From positions 3,925,644 to 3,949,643 of the forward strand of contig NZ_CP035490.1 of NCBI RefSeq assembly GCF_004135205.1: a DNA stretch of 24,000 nucleotides, in the 5' to 3' direction. Under the pieces are notes generated by a model. That model made no database searches. It saw only the letters and a list, made by a program, of their open reading frames with translations, and was not told where the DNA came from. Within the stretch, counting starts at the first letter, position 1; each line of letters starts with the position of its first letter. Shown here in pieces: positions 8,337-15,607 of the stretch. Source of the DNA: Hahella sp. KA22. GTDB lineage: Bacteria > Pseudomonadota > Gammaproteobacteria > Pseudomonadales > Oleiphilaceae. Position numbers and translations under genes: made by a program.

Positions 8337-9403
8337 TGATTTCGTATGCACAAGGTAATTTACTTGAGGCGGAAGTGGAAGCGCTGGTGAATACCGTAAA
8401 TACCGTTGGAGTGATGGGAAAGGGCATTGCTCTGATGTTTAAAGAGCGCTTTCCGCAAAATATGCAGGCTTATGTCAGGGCCTGTAGAACAGGAGATGTG
8501 GTCACAGGGAAGATGTTCATCACTAAAACAGACGAGCTGATGGGGCCGAAGTGGATTGTTAATTTCCCAACGAAGCAGCATTGGCGCGCAAAGTCCAAAA
8601 TGGAGTGGATTGATGAGGGGCTTGTGGATTTGCGTCGATTTATTACAGAACACCATGTAAAGTCAATTGCAATCCCCCCGTTAGGTGCCGGTAATGGTGG
8701 TTTAAGCTGGCAGGACGTGAAGCGCCGCATTGAAAAAGCCCTTACTGATATTGAGGGCGTCGATATTCGGGTTTATGAACCCACAGCAAAATATCAAAAC
8801 GTTTCAAAAAAGGCGGGTGTAAGCGAGCTTACCACTTCACGAGCAATGGTCGCTGAACTTGTGCGTCGCTATTGGATACTCGGTATGGAGTGCAGCTTAC
8901 TCGAAATTCAAAAGCTTGCTTGGTTTTTACAGCGAGTAATTGATGCGCAAGGTTTAAAAAATGACTTGGAGCTTCATTTTGAAGCCAATTACTACGGGCC
9001 TTACGCTAATAACTTAACTCATTTATTGAATGCTCTAGATGGTAGCTACCTTAAGTCTGATAAGCGCATTCCTGACAGTGACCCTCTGGACGTCATCGCT
9101 TTTAACGATACCAAAAGAGAATACGTTGAAACTTATTTGAATACTGAGGGGCAGGATTATTTGCCTGCATTAGAAAAAGCCAGCGAGATAATTAGTGGCT
9201 TTGAATCGCCCTTTGGGATGGAGTTGCTTGCCACTGTTGACTGGTTGCTAACAAGAGAAGGGTGCGAACCTACTTTGGAGTCCATTAAGGGCGGTATTGC
9301 TCATTGGCCATCAGGAAAGAAATGGGCTGAGCGCAAGCTTGCTTTATTTGATGACAGAAGCTTGCAATTCGCAATAGATCGAATGAAGACGGCTTCAATT
9401 TAA
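8336..9403 (+). CDS. darG: DarG-like antitoxin: N-terminal macrodomain (ADP-ribosyl-DNA glycohydrolase) plus C-terminal DarT-binding domain
   Basis: 355 aa from the ATG at 8336 ([40 protein letters not shown]). It has the macrodomain phosphate loops GVMGKGIA and [10 protein letters not shown] and the catalytic-Lys motif [17 protein letters not shown]. The ~190-aa C-terminal domain (..[23 protein letters not shown]..) has DarG-like length. The track's 8276 start is an unsupported N-terminal extension. Confidence 0.9.
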   Translation: MISYAQGNLLEAEVEALVNTVNTVGVMGKGIALMFKERFPQNMQAYVRACRTGDVVTGKMFITKTDELMGPKWIVNFPTKQHWRAKSKMEWIDEGLVDLRRFITEHHVKSIAIPPLGAGNGGLSWQDVKRRIEKALTDIEGVDIRVYEPTAKYQNVSKKAGVSELTTSRAMVAELVRRYWILGMECSLLEIQKLAWFLQRVIDAQGLKNDLELHFEANYYGPYANNLTHLLNALDGSYLKSDKRIPDSDPLDVIAFNDTKREYVETYLNTEGQDYLPALEKASEIISGFESPFGMELLATVDWLLTREGCEPTLESIKGGIAHWPSGKKWAERKLALFDDRSLQFAIDRMKTASI

Positions 9404-9406
9404 AGA

Positions 9407-9437
9407 GGGGAAGTGCGGGCGGGCCGCCCGCGCTCCC
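9407..9437. repeat. 31-bp GC-rich palindromic repeat, right copy
   Basis: Identical to 6742..6772. It starts 4 nt after the darG stop and ends 9 nt before the convergent TPR gene stop. Confidence 0.85.
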
Positions 9438-9445
9438 GGATCGGG

Positions 9446-11263
9446 TTAGTTCTGCAGTTGTTTTTCTGCGTCGGTTTTCCAGGGGGAGGCCAGGCCCAGT
9501 CTGAGGGAGGATTTGAACAGGCTTTGCGCTTCCGCCGTCTGGCCGCTTTTCTGTTTCACTTTGGCGTAATGGTAGTTGATGGTCGGGTTATTGGCGGCCA
9601 GTTGGTAGGCTTTGCCGATGTTGGTTTCCGCATCGTCAACTTTGCCCAGACGGAATTGTATCCAGCCCAGCGTGTCGAGAACGGTGGGGTTGATGGGGGC
9701 GAGTTTTGCGGCTTGCAGGGCCAGTTTCTCCGCTTCCTTGAGTTTGTCCGTCTCGCCCAGCAGGTACGCCAGATTATTCAACGCGCCCAGGTGGGAGTCG
9801 TTCAGATGCAGGACGCGGCGATAGGCGTCTATGGCCTGATCGGTTTTCTTGCCTTCCTCATACAGAGAGCCTAACAGGAACAATCCTTCGTGAGATTCCG
9901 GATTATTTTTGACCAGAGTTTCCATTTCCTGCTGGGCTTTATCCAGCTCGCCCAGTTGTTTCAGAGCGACGGCTTTGGCCATGCGCAGGGAGCCGGAGTC
10001 CGGCGCCCGTTGCAACCCTTTATCAAACAGGTCCGCGGCGGCGGCGTAGTCACGGGTGAAGGCGTGAAAGGAGCCTGCGTACAGATAACTCTGTGGGTTG
10101 TCCGGGTAAGTCTTTAACAGGTCGCTGTATACCGCTTTCGCCTTAACCGGGTCGTTCTGCAGCTGATACAGGCTGCCCAGACGCTGATAGTACGGGAAAG
10201 GCGTCTTGGACCGCTTGATCAGGTCTTTATAGACTTTCTCCGCCAGCTCATGTTTGCCGGATTGCGCGAAGTAATCGCCGGCCTGCACCGCCAGATTTTC
10301 CGGCAGCGCTTTGTCTTGCAGCGCTTTTTGGTAGTCGCTGACGGCTTTATCGTGATCGTCTTTCTTGGTGTAGGTCAGCGCGCGCTGGAAATAGCCCAGC
10401 CCCCAATCTGACTTTAATTTGAGCAATTGGTTGAAGCTGTTGAGTGAGTTATCCAGCTGACCCGCGTCGCGCTGGGCGATGCCCAGAGAAAGCAGGGGCG
10501 CAGGTTGTTTCGGCGACAATTTCAGCGCTTTCTGGAACAGGGGAATTGCCGCCTCAGGGCTTTGGTTGGCGACGTACGCGTTGGCGAGCAGCACCAGGGC
10601 GACGGCGTTGTCGCTGGTGGCGTCAATAATCGGGGAGAGCAGTTTGATGGCTTTGCCTGATTCGCCATTTTTGACGTACTGCTCCGCCAGATTAAGTTTG
10701 ACGCCCACATAACCCTCTGGCGTGTTGGCCAGACCTTTCTCCAGGTGCTCAATAGATTTGGCGACCTCGCCTTGTTCCTGATAGATCAAGCCCAGCCGTT
10801 GATGCGCGCGCGCATCGTTGTCGTTGTAGCCGACGGCGGTTTTGTAAGCGTTAAACGCCTTCTTGGGTTCTTTCAGGGCGGTGTGAACGTCGCCTTGTTT
10901 GGTCCAGGCGGAGCTTTGCGTTGGCGCCAATTGCGTGGCTTTTTGTAGCTGCTTGAGCCCTTCCTTGAGTTTTCCCTGCAACGCCAGCACCGTGCCTTTC
11001 AGCTCCAGCGCCAGTGAGTTATTCGGCTCTTTGGCGAGAATATCATCCAGCAGCTTCTGGCTTTGCATAAACTTTTGCTGCCGAATCAGGTCCAGCGCGG
11101 TGGCGAGATCCTGATTGGCGGGCTGCAGCTCGCCGCCGGCGGGAGGCGCGTCAAGAAAGAAAAGGCTGCTGTCGGACTGAGCGGAGCTGGGTTGCGTAAT
11201 GGCGGCGTGACTGCCGCCAACGGCGAAAAAAATCGCCAGCGCTAAAGAGAGGCGTTTGTTCAT
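9446..11263 (-). CDS. Secreted tetratricopeptide-repeat (TPR) protein
   Basis: Signal peptide MNKRLSLALAIFFAVGGSHA from the ATG at 11263; the track's 11302 start adds 13 implausible residues. About 14-16 consecutive 34-aa TPR-like units follow (e.g. ALELKGTVLALQGKLKEGLKQLQKATQLAP, AHQRLGLIYQEQGEVAKSIEHLEKGL). Confidence 0.85.
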   Translation of the reverse strand: MNKRLSLALAIFFAVGGSHAAITQPSSAQSDSSLFFLDAPPAGGELQPANQDLATALDLIRQQKFMQSQKLLDDILAKEPNNSLALELKGTVLALQGKLKEGLKQLQKATQLAPTQSSAWTKQGDVHTALKEPKKAFNAYKTAVGYNDNDARAHQRLGLIYQEQGEVAKSIEHLEKGLANTPEGYVGVKLNLAEQYVKNGESGKAIKLLSPIIDATSDNAVALVLLANAYVANQSPEAAIPLFQKALKLSPKQPAPLLSLGIAQRDAGQLDNSLNSFNQLLKLKSDWGLGYFQRALTYTKKDDHDKAVSDYQKALQDKALPENLAVQAGDYFAQSGKHELAEKVYKDLIKRSKTPFPYYQRLGSLYQLQNDPVKAKAVYSDLLKTYPDNPQSYLYAGSFHAFTRDYAAAADLFDKGLQRAPDSGSLRMAKAVALKQLGELDKAQQEMETLVKNNPESHEGLFLLGSLYEEGKKTDQAIDAYRRVLHLNDSHLGALNNLAYLLGETDKLKEAEKLALQAAKLAPINPTVLDTLGWIQFRLGKVDDAETNIGKAYQLAANNPTINYHYAKVKQKSGQTAEAQSLFKSSLRLGLASPWKTDAEKQLQN

Positions 11264-11332
11264 CGATAGGGACCTTATAATTCTCAGACAAATTAGCATC
11301 ATGCTTTTGTGAGAGTGTAATCCAATATGCGG

Positions 11333-11366
11333 GATAAAAAAAAAGGGCGTTAAACAACGCCCTTTA
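11333..11366 (-). terminator. Rho-independent terminator after the VWA/PEP-CTERM gene
   Basis: On the minus strand: AAGGGCGTT-GTTT-AACGCCCTT followed by TTTTTTTTT, 16 nt downstream of the stop at 11382. Confidence 0.8.
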
Positions 11367-11381
11367 TTTGTAGCGGATTAC

Positions 11382-12413
11382 TTAGCTTTTTCTGCGACGA
11401 GCCAGCAAGCCAACCAGACCCAGACCCATCAACGCCAGGCTGGCGGGTTCTGGAACAGTTGCGCCGACAACGATGTGGTCGCGCTCGGTAGCGACTCTGC
11501 CGCCGTCAACAGTGGCGTAGATGTCGAAGTCGTAGGTGCCGGGAGTAGTGCCGGTGAAGGTGACTTCGAAATCATAGGTCGCAGCGCTGTCGCGGGTGAA
11601 AGAGCCGTTATAAGACGCAGGAGACACGGAAACCATGCCGGGAGGCGCGCCAGAGATATCGAGCGCCACTTCAGTATAAGAAGAAATAGCGGTCGAAATG
11701 GCGTCATTGATAGTGTCTACCAATGTGGTGGTGTCGATGCCTGCGTGATAGGTGCCGCCAGTCGCATTGGTGATGCGAGTAGCTTGACCGGTGCCGTCTA
11801 AGCAGAAGCCGAAAGTGCAGTTAGCGACGTCAATCGCTTCAACCTGGATGCTGGCTGCCTGCAAAGCGGCGGTAGCGCTGGCTTCAGTTGAGCCCAAAGA
11901 GGGGTCATGGCCCGTTGCGTCGCCGAACCACAGCAGGATGCGCTCTGCGTCCGGACGCCAGGAAATGGTGGTGGCGACCTGTTCCAACGCGTAGATATTC
12001 GCTTCGGGGAAATCGCCGCCGCCACCGGCGGTCCAGGTGTTGATCGCCGCTTGGGCCGCTGAGGTGTCGCTGGTCATATCGGTCAGGGTGCGATAAGCGA
12101 AGAAATCGCTGGCGTCACGATAGCCGCCGACCCCGAAGTTAATGTCGCCAAAGCCCGCTGCTGTGCCCAGTATAGAGCTGGCGGCGGCTTTAACCGCTGC
12201 AATCTCTCCACTCATGCTACCGGTTTCATCCATTAGGAAGAATACGTCTACCTTGGATGTGCTCGCTTCAGCGTCAACGGTGACTGTCTTGGTGATGGTC
12301 ACGCTTTCGCCGACATCAAGCGTCGCGGAGTAAGTAGTGGGAGAGATAGAGTCCGCCATCGCTGTAAACGGCAGAAACGCGGTTAGTGCGAGTGAGCACG
12401 CTAATCTTTTCAT
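11382..12413 (-). CDS. VWA-domain protein with C-terminal PEP-CTERM sorting signal
   Basis: ATG at 12413 is preceded by a perfect SD AGGAGG; the track's 12698 start is an upstream extension through AT-rich non-coding-looking sequence. Signal peptide MKRLACSLALTAFLPFTAMA. VWA MIDAS motif VDVFFLMDETGSMSG. The C-terminus VPEPASLALMGLGLVGLLARRRKS is the PEP motif plus TM helix plus basic tail. Confidence 0.88.
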   Translation of the reverse strand: MKRLACSLALTAFLPFTAMADSISPTTYSATLDVGESVTITKTVTVDAEASTSKVDVFFLMDETGSMSGEIAAVKAAASSILGTAAGFGDINFGVGGYRDASDFFAYRTLTDMTSDTSAAQAAINTWTAGGGGDFPEANIYALEQVATTISWRPDAERILLWFGDATGHDPSLGSTEASATAALQAASIQVEAIDVANCTFGFCLDGTGQATRITNATGGTYHAGIDTTTLVDTINDAISTAISSYTEVALDISGAPPGMVSVSPASYNGSFTRDSAATYDFEVTFTGTTPGTYDFDIYATVDGGRVATERDHIVVGATVPEPASLALMGLGLVGLLARRRKS

Positions 12414-12842
12414 TGTTACCTCCTGGTGTGGGTTGTAGTTAGATTTAGTACTGCAATGAAAAATTTCTTGAGATTGCTCAGGGAACCTATAAGGCACAAA
12501 ACAGGCCAATCTCTTTAGAACCCCGCTTATTGGGGTGTTTCTTAACTCTTTCAGGAAGTGGCCATCCGGGAACTGTAAATTCGTTATATAAGCATTTCCA
12601 CTAAAGGCCAAAAGGCTTATTCCATTAAGGATAATTTCGCAAAAATCGAGGATTATGTATACAAAGCTAAGCGTCTGTTTTGTATCGTTTTTGTGCAATC
12701 TAACGATAGGCCTAAACGCCCCTGGCGCGGGGGTTAGATTGAATTTTAAACAAGCTGAAAATTAAGAAGGTGTAAATTCTTTGAACGCTGTCGAGGGACT
12801 CACAGGAAACGCAGGTGTGGCGTTAACTGTTTGTGTGGAGAA

Positions 12843-12881
12843 TGAAAAAATAGCGCTGACGGCTTGGTCGCTATCAGCGCT
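12843..12881 (-). terminator. Probable rho-independent terminator after the COG4315-family gene
   Basis: On the minus strand: AGCGCTGA-(14-nt loop)-TCAGCGCT followed by ATTTTTTTC, about 45 nt downstream of the stop at 12926. Confidence 0.5.
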
Positions 12882-12925
12882 CAATATGGCTATTTAACCA
12901 GCAAAGGAAGAGGCTTGGTGAATGA

Positions 12926-13459
12926 TTAAGGCTGAGCGGCGTACCACACGTCGCCTACGCCATGACCCGTCGCGTCGCCTTGCTGACGGTCGCCGACCCA
13001 AAGATACAGAGGCTGGTTTTTGTAAGCCCACTGATAGGTTCCGTCTTTGCGAGCGACAACGGTGAAGTCGCCCCAGGTTTTAGCGTCTTTCTTGGCGAAA
13101 AACGGAGGCCAGCTGTCTGCGCAGGAGTCGTAGCAGACGGATGCGCCGTTACTGTCCTTGGTGAAGGTGTAAAGGGTCATGCCTTGCGCGTTGGCGAATA
13201 CTTCACCGACAGAGGTGGTGACTTTGGTGACGACCTTAGAGGAGCTGGCGCTGGCTGAAGAAGTTTTCAGCAGGCCGCCGGCGTTGTCGTAGGAATTGCC
13301 GTAGCTGTCAGCGCTGGCGTAACTATTGGCGCTGTAGCTCTTGCTGGAGCTGGAATATTTCTCATCGCAATAACGATCCGCTTTGCCTTCGGCGAATACT
13401 GAGGAAGTGAAACCAGCGGTGGCGATCATCAGAGTGGTCAGCGCGGCGAACTTTTTCAT
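12926..13459 (-). CDS. Secreted protein of the COG4315 family (lipoprotein with Yx(FWY)xxD motif)
   Basis: Signal peptide MKKFAALTTLMIATAGFTSSVFA, then a Ser-rich low-complexity linker. Two family motifs are present: LYTFTKD...CYDSCADSWPPF and LYLWVGD...GDVWY. SD AAGGA lies upstream. Confidence 0.8.
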   Translation of the reverse strand: MKKFAALTTLMIATAGFTSSVFAEGKADRYCDEKYSSSSKSYSANSYASADSYGNSYDNAGGLLKTSSASASSSKVVTKVTTSVGEVFANAQGMTLYTFTKDSNGASVCYDSCADSWPPFFAKKDAKTWGDFTVVARKDGTYQWAYKNQPLYLWVGDRQQGDATGHGVGDVWYAAQP

Positions 13460-13472
13460 CTTTCTATCCTTT

Positions 13473-13499
13473 ATCTATCTAAGTGTGATCTATCTAAGT
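13473..13499. repeat. Tandem 12-bp direct repeat in the 5' leader/promoter of the COG4315-family gene
   Basis: ATCTATCTAAGT (13473..13484), GTG, ATCTATCTAAGT (13488..13499), lying 14-40 nt upstream of the start codon at 13459 on the minus strand. Confidence 0.5.
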
Positions 13500-13680
13500 A
13501 TGGCTAGCGGGTCTCGGACCCTGAATTTGAAACTCGTAGATAAAGACGACACGGACGCGGCATTTGGATGCAAAGAAAATAAAAAAATTTCTGATTTCTG
13601 AATTTCACTTTAAAAACAACTCTTAAGGTTCCTAAGAATGCGCCGTTAATCTGCGTACGTGAAACAAGGAGAACGGCTGG

Positions 13681-14115
13681 TTGCCGAGAAACCGTCAGCA
13701 CTACGATAGAGAGGCGGAGCATTGGGTAGGCGGGGTGTTCAAAGCGTTCACCACGGAACAGATGGCGGGCGACTTACGTGAGGAAGGTCTGCCCCTGAAC
13801 TTCATCGATGTGCACGTACTGGCCTGCGGCGGCGGATACGCCGGCGCGCTGTCGCCCTGGGTGGAGCGCTTCTGCACCAAACTTTCCAGAACCCATGTCT
13901 TTGTTGAGGTCACCGGATATCAAGGGTTCGTGCATATCTCCTCCGGCTCCATCCGCGTCGAAGACCGCAACGAACGCGGCGCCCGCAGCTTCTACAGCCT
14001 GGAGGAAAAAGCCGTCGTGTACCGCTCAGGCTATGCGGAAATGACCGCCGGCCGCGGCAGATCCTCCTTCGCCCGTCCCATTAATACGCGGGACCGGTCG
14101 CATCATAATATGTAA
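13681..14115 (+). CDS. Hypothetical protein (144 aa)
   Basis: TTG start is preceded by SD AAGGAG with a 9-nt spacer. GC3-rich codon usage is consistent with host genes. No motif recognised. Convergent with the histidine phosphatase gene. Confidence 0.5.
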   Translation: MPRNRQHYDREAEHWVGGVFKAFTTEQMAGDLREEGLPLNFIDVHVLACGGGYAGALSPWVERFCTKLSRTHVFVEVTGYQGFVHISSGSIRVEDRNERGARSFYSLEEKAVVYRSGYAEMTAGRGRSSFARPINTRDRSHHNM

Positions 14116-14143
14116 GGAGGGGATGCAAAGGGCGCCTGTTTTC

Positions 14144-14758
14144 TCACAACACCCCAATAAGATGCGAAGCCTTGCCCCAAAAAGACACTGTCCATTCATT
14201 GTTCGAATACGTGATTTCGGAATAGGCGCAATTGAAGTGGGTGTACTGGCTGGCGCTGGCCTGGTCTTGGGCATGTATCCACCAGATTAGCGCCTTTAAG
14301 AAATTACCGTGAGTGAGGACCAGTATCGTCTCGTTGTGACGATGGTTGCTTGAAACCATGTCTAGAAACCGGTTTGCTCTGTGAGCGACTTGCAACAGGC
14401 TTTCGGCATTCCGGCAGGCTTTTGCGGACGGATGTTCTCCCCGGATAATGGCCCTGGCGGAAGGGTCTCTTCGGTCTATGTCATGCAGGGACAGGCCTTC
14501 ATAGGAGCCAAAGTTCTGTTCTTGCAGCAAATCGTTTATTTCAAAATCAGGCGAAATAACCTTGCATGTCTCCATACAACGTATGGCGGGTGAAGAATAG
14601 ACCTTGGCGAAGCGGTATTGCTTCACTTCCGTCGCCAGCCTGTCTGCTTGCGCTTTGCCCTGGTCCGTCAGGTCGGAGTTGAGGCGGCCTTGCAGGCGAC
14701 CTTGTTGATTCCAGACCGTCTGGCCGTGCCGCGCCAGGATGACTTTCATGCTATCCAT
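14144..14758 (-). CDS. Histidine phosphatase family protein (phosphoglycerate-mutase-like)
   Basis: Catalytic RHG motif (VILARHGQTVWN) and a second His motif (LVLTHGNFLKAL). Start is ambiguous: GTG 14773, ATG 14758 or ATG 14749. Confidence 0.85.
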   Translation of the reverse strand: MDSMKVILARHGQTVWNQQGRLQGRLNSDLTDQGKAQADRLATEVKQYRFAKVYSSPAIRCMETCKVISPDFEINDLLQEQNFGSYEGLSLHDIDRRDPSARAIIRGEHPSAKACRNAESLLQVAHRANRFLDMVSSNHRHNETILVLTHGNFLKALIWWIHAQDQASASQYTHFNCAYSEITYSNNEWTVSFWGKASHLIGVL

Positions 14759-14884
14759 TTCGTTCCATTCCACTACTTCACTGATTCTCTATTCTGAACG
14801 ACCGAAAGATTGGCACTGTAGGGCTAACCTGGATTATTGTCGAGGGTAAGCAATTTCTTATTTCTTTTTGGGGGGAGAAAGAAA

Positions 14885-15208
14885 ATGAACTTCGACAAGT
14901 TTAAAGAAGAGACGTTAAAAGGCCTGCGCGCCTCGGCGGAATCTTATGCGGAGATGATTCTGTCCGAACCGGAAACCATGGCGGAATTAACCGACGCCAG
15001 CGATGAGGCCACACGGGAGGAACTCATTGACGAAATCGTCGACACCGCTTGGGAGCGCAACGGCGAAGCCTGGTTCGAACGCTTTGTCATCGAGCCGGGA
15101 CTACCCGACGACATTGAGCCAGGCGATTTAATGAAAATGCTGAGGCCCAGCGCCAAATACCGGGAATGGGTGCAGGCGGTGATTGAGGAGAGGGTTTCGA
15201 AGAGTTGA
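14885..15208 (+). CDS. Small acidic hypothetical protein (107 aa)
   Basis: ATG at 14885 is preceded by GGGGGGAGAAAG (SD). It begins MNFDKFKEETLKG and is highly acidic. The track's 14837 start lacks an RBS. No recognised domain. Confidence 0.6.
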   Translation: MNFDKFKEETLKGLRASAESYAEMILSEPETMAELTDASDEATREELIDEIVDTAWERNGEAWFERFVIEPGLPDDIEPGDLMKMLRPSAKYREWVQAVIEERVSKS

Positions 15209-15316
15209 ATGTGGTAGAGTCCGCCCCCGAAATTTGTAGTGGTTAATTAAACAACACATGCTAGTAGCAATATTAAAAGGTGCTCTCTTTTAGGTATTTT
15301 CCTAAAGGAGAGAAGA

Positions 15317-15532
15317 GTGAAGAAAAGAGAAGTTCGTCTTATCAGGGCGTTTGGGAGCAATGAAGCAGGGCTGGCGGATTTACCTAAGAAGGTGTCCGGC
15401 ACAATGGTTTCGAGAGTGGTTCTGGGGGAAGAGTCCGGCTGCTCGCGCTGCTTTCCCCACGGTTTTGAAACCGTCAACGCCACAAGGCCTCAGCGCAGTT
15501 GGAAGACGAATCGTAAAACCAGATGGAAATAA
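15317..15532 (+). CDS. Small basic hypothetical protein with CxxC...PHG motif (71 aa)
   Basis: GTG start is preceded by SD AAGGAGAG. It has the motif GCSRCFPHGFETVN and a basic tail RSWKTNRKTRWK. A strong terminator follows about 50 nt downstream. Confidence 0.5.
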   Translation: MKKREVRLIRAFGSNEAGLADLPKKVSGTMVSRVVLGEESGCSRCFPHGFETVNATRPQRSWKTNRKTRWK

Positions 15533-15582
15533 ACGGTGAGAAGAGCGCCGATGTGCGTTTAACATCGCTGTTTCCAAAAGAG

Positions 15583-15607
15583 AACGGGGCTTTACGCCCC
15601 GTTTTTT
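15583..15607. terminator. Rho-independent terminator (strong on +, weaker on -) between convergent genes
   Basis: AACGGGGC-TTTAC-GCCCCGTT followed by TTTTTT on the + strand. The T-tract overlaps the stop codon of the minus-strand SIP gene. Confidence 0.75.

Noticed and set aside
9407-9437. The 31-bp GC palindrome as an intrinsic terminator for darG and the TPR gene
   Set aside because: It could form a stable hairpin between the convergent genes, but there is no U-tract on either strand. I report it as a repeat rather than a terminator.
12414-12698. N-terminal 95-aa extension of the VWA/PEP-CTERM ORF. Analogous extensions occur at 11264..11302, 19975..20004 and 14837..14884.
   Set aside because: The internal ATGs are preceded by strong SD sequences (AGGAGG, GGGAGG, GGAGA) and immediately encode canonical signal peptides or domain starts. 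The extensions run through AT-rich sequence with no coding character.
13808-14274. Overlapping alternative ORFs (13808..14044 +, 14026..14274 -) around the hypothetical gene and the histidine phosphatase 3' end
   Set aside because: They have no RBS and their products are rich in Pro, Ala and Arg, typical of off-frame translation of GC-rich DNA. They are superseded by the 13681..14115 frame (SD plus TTG) and the phosphatase frame with its RHG motif.
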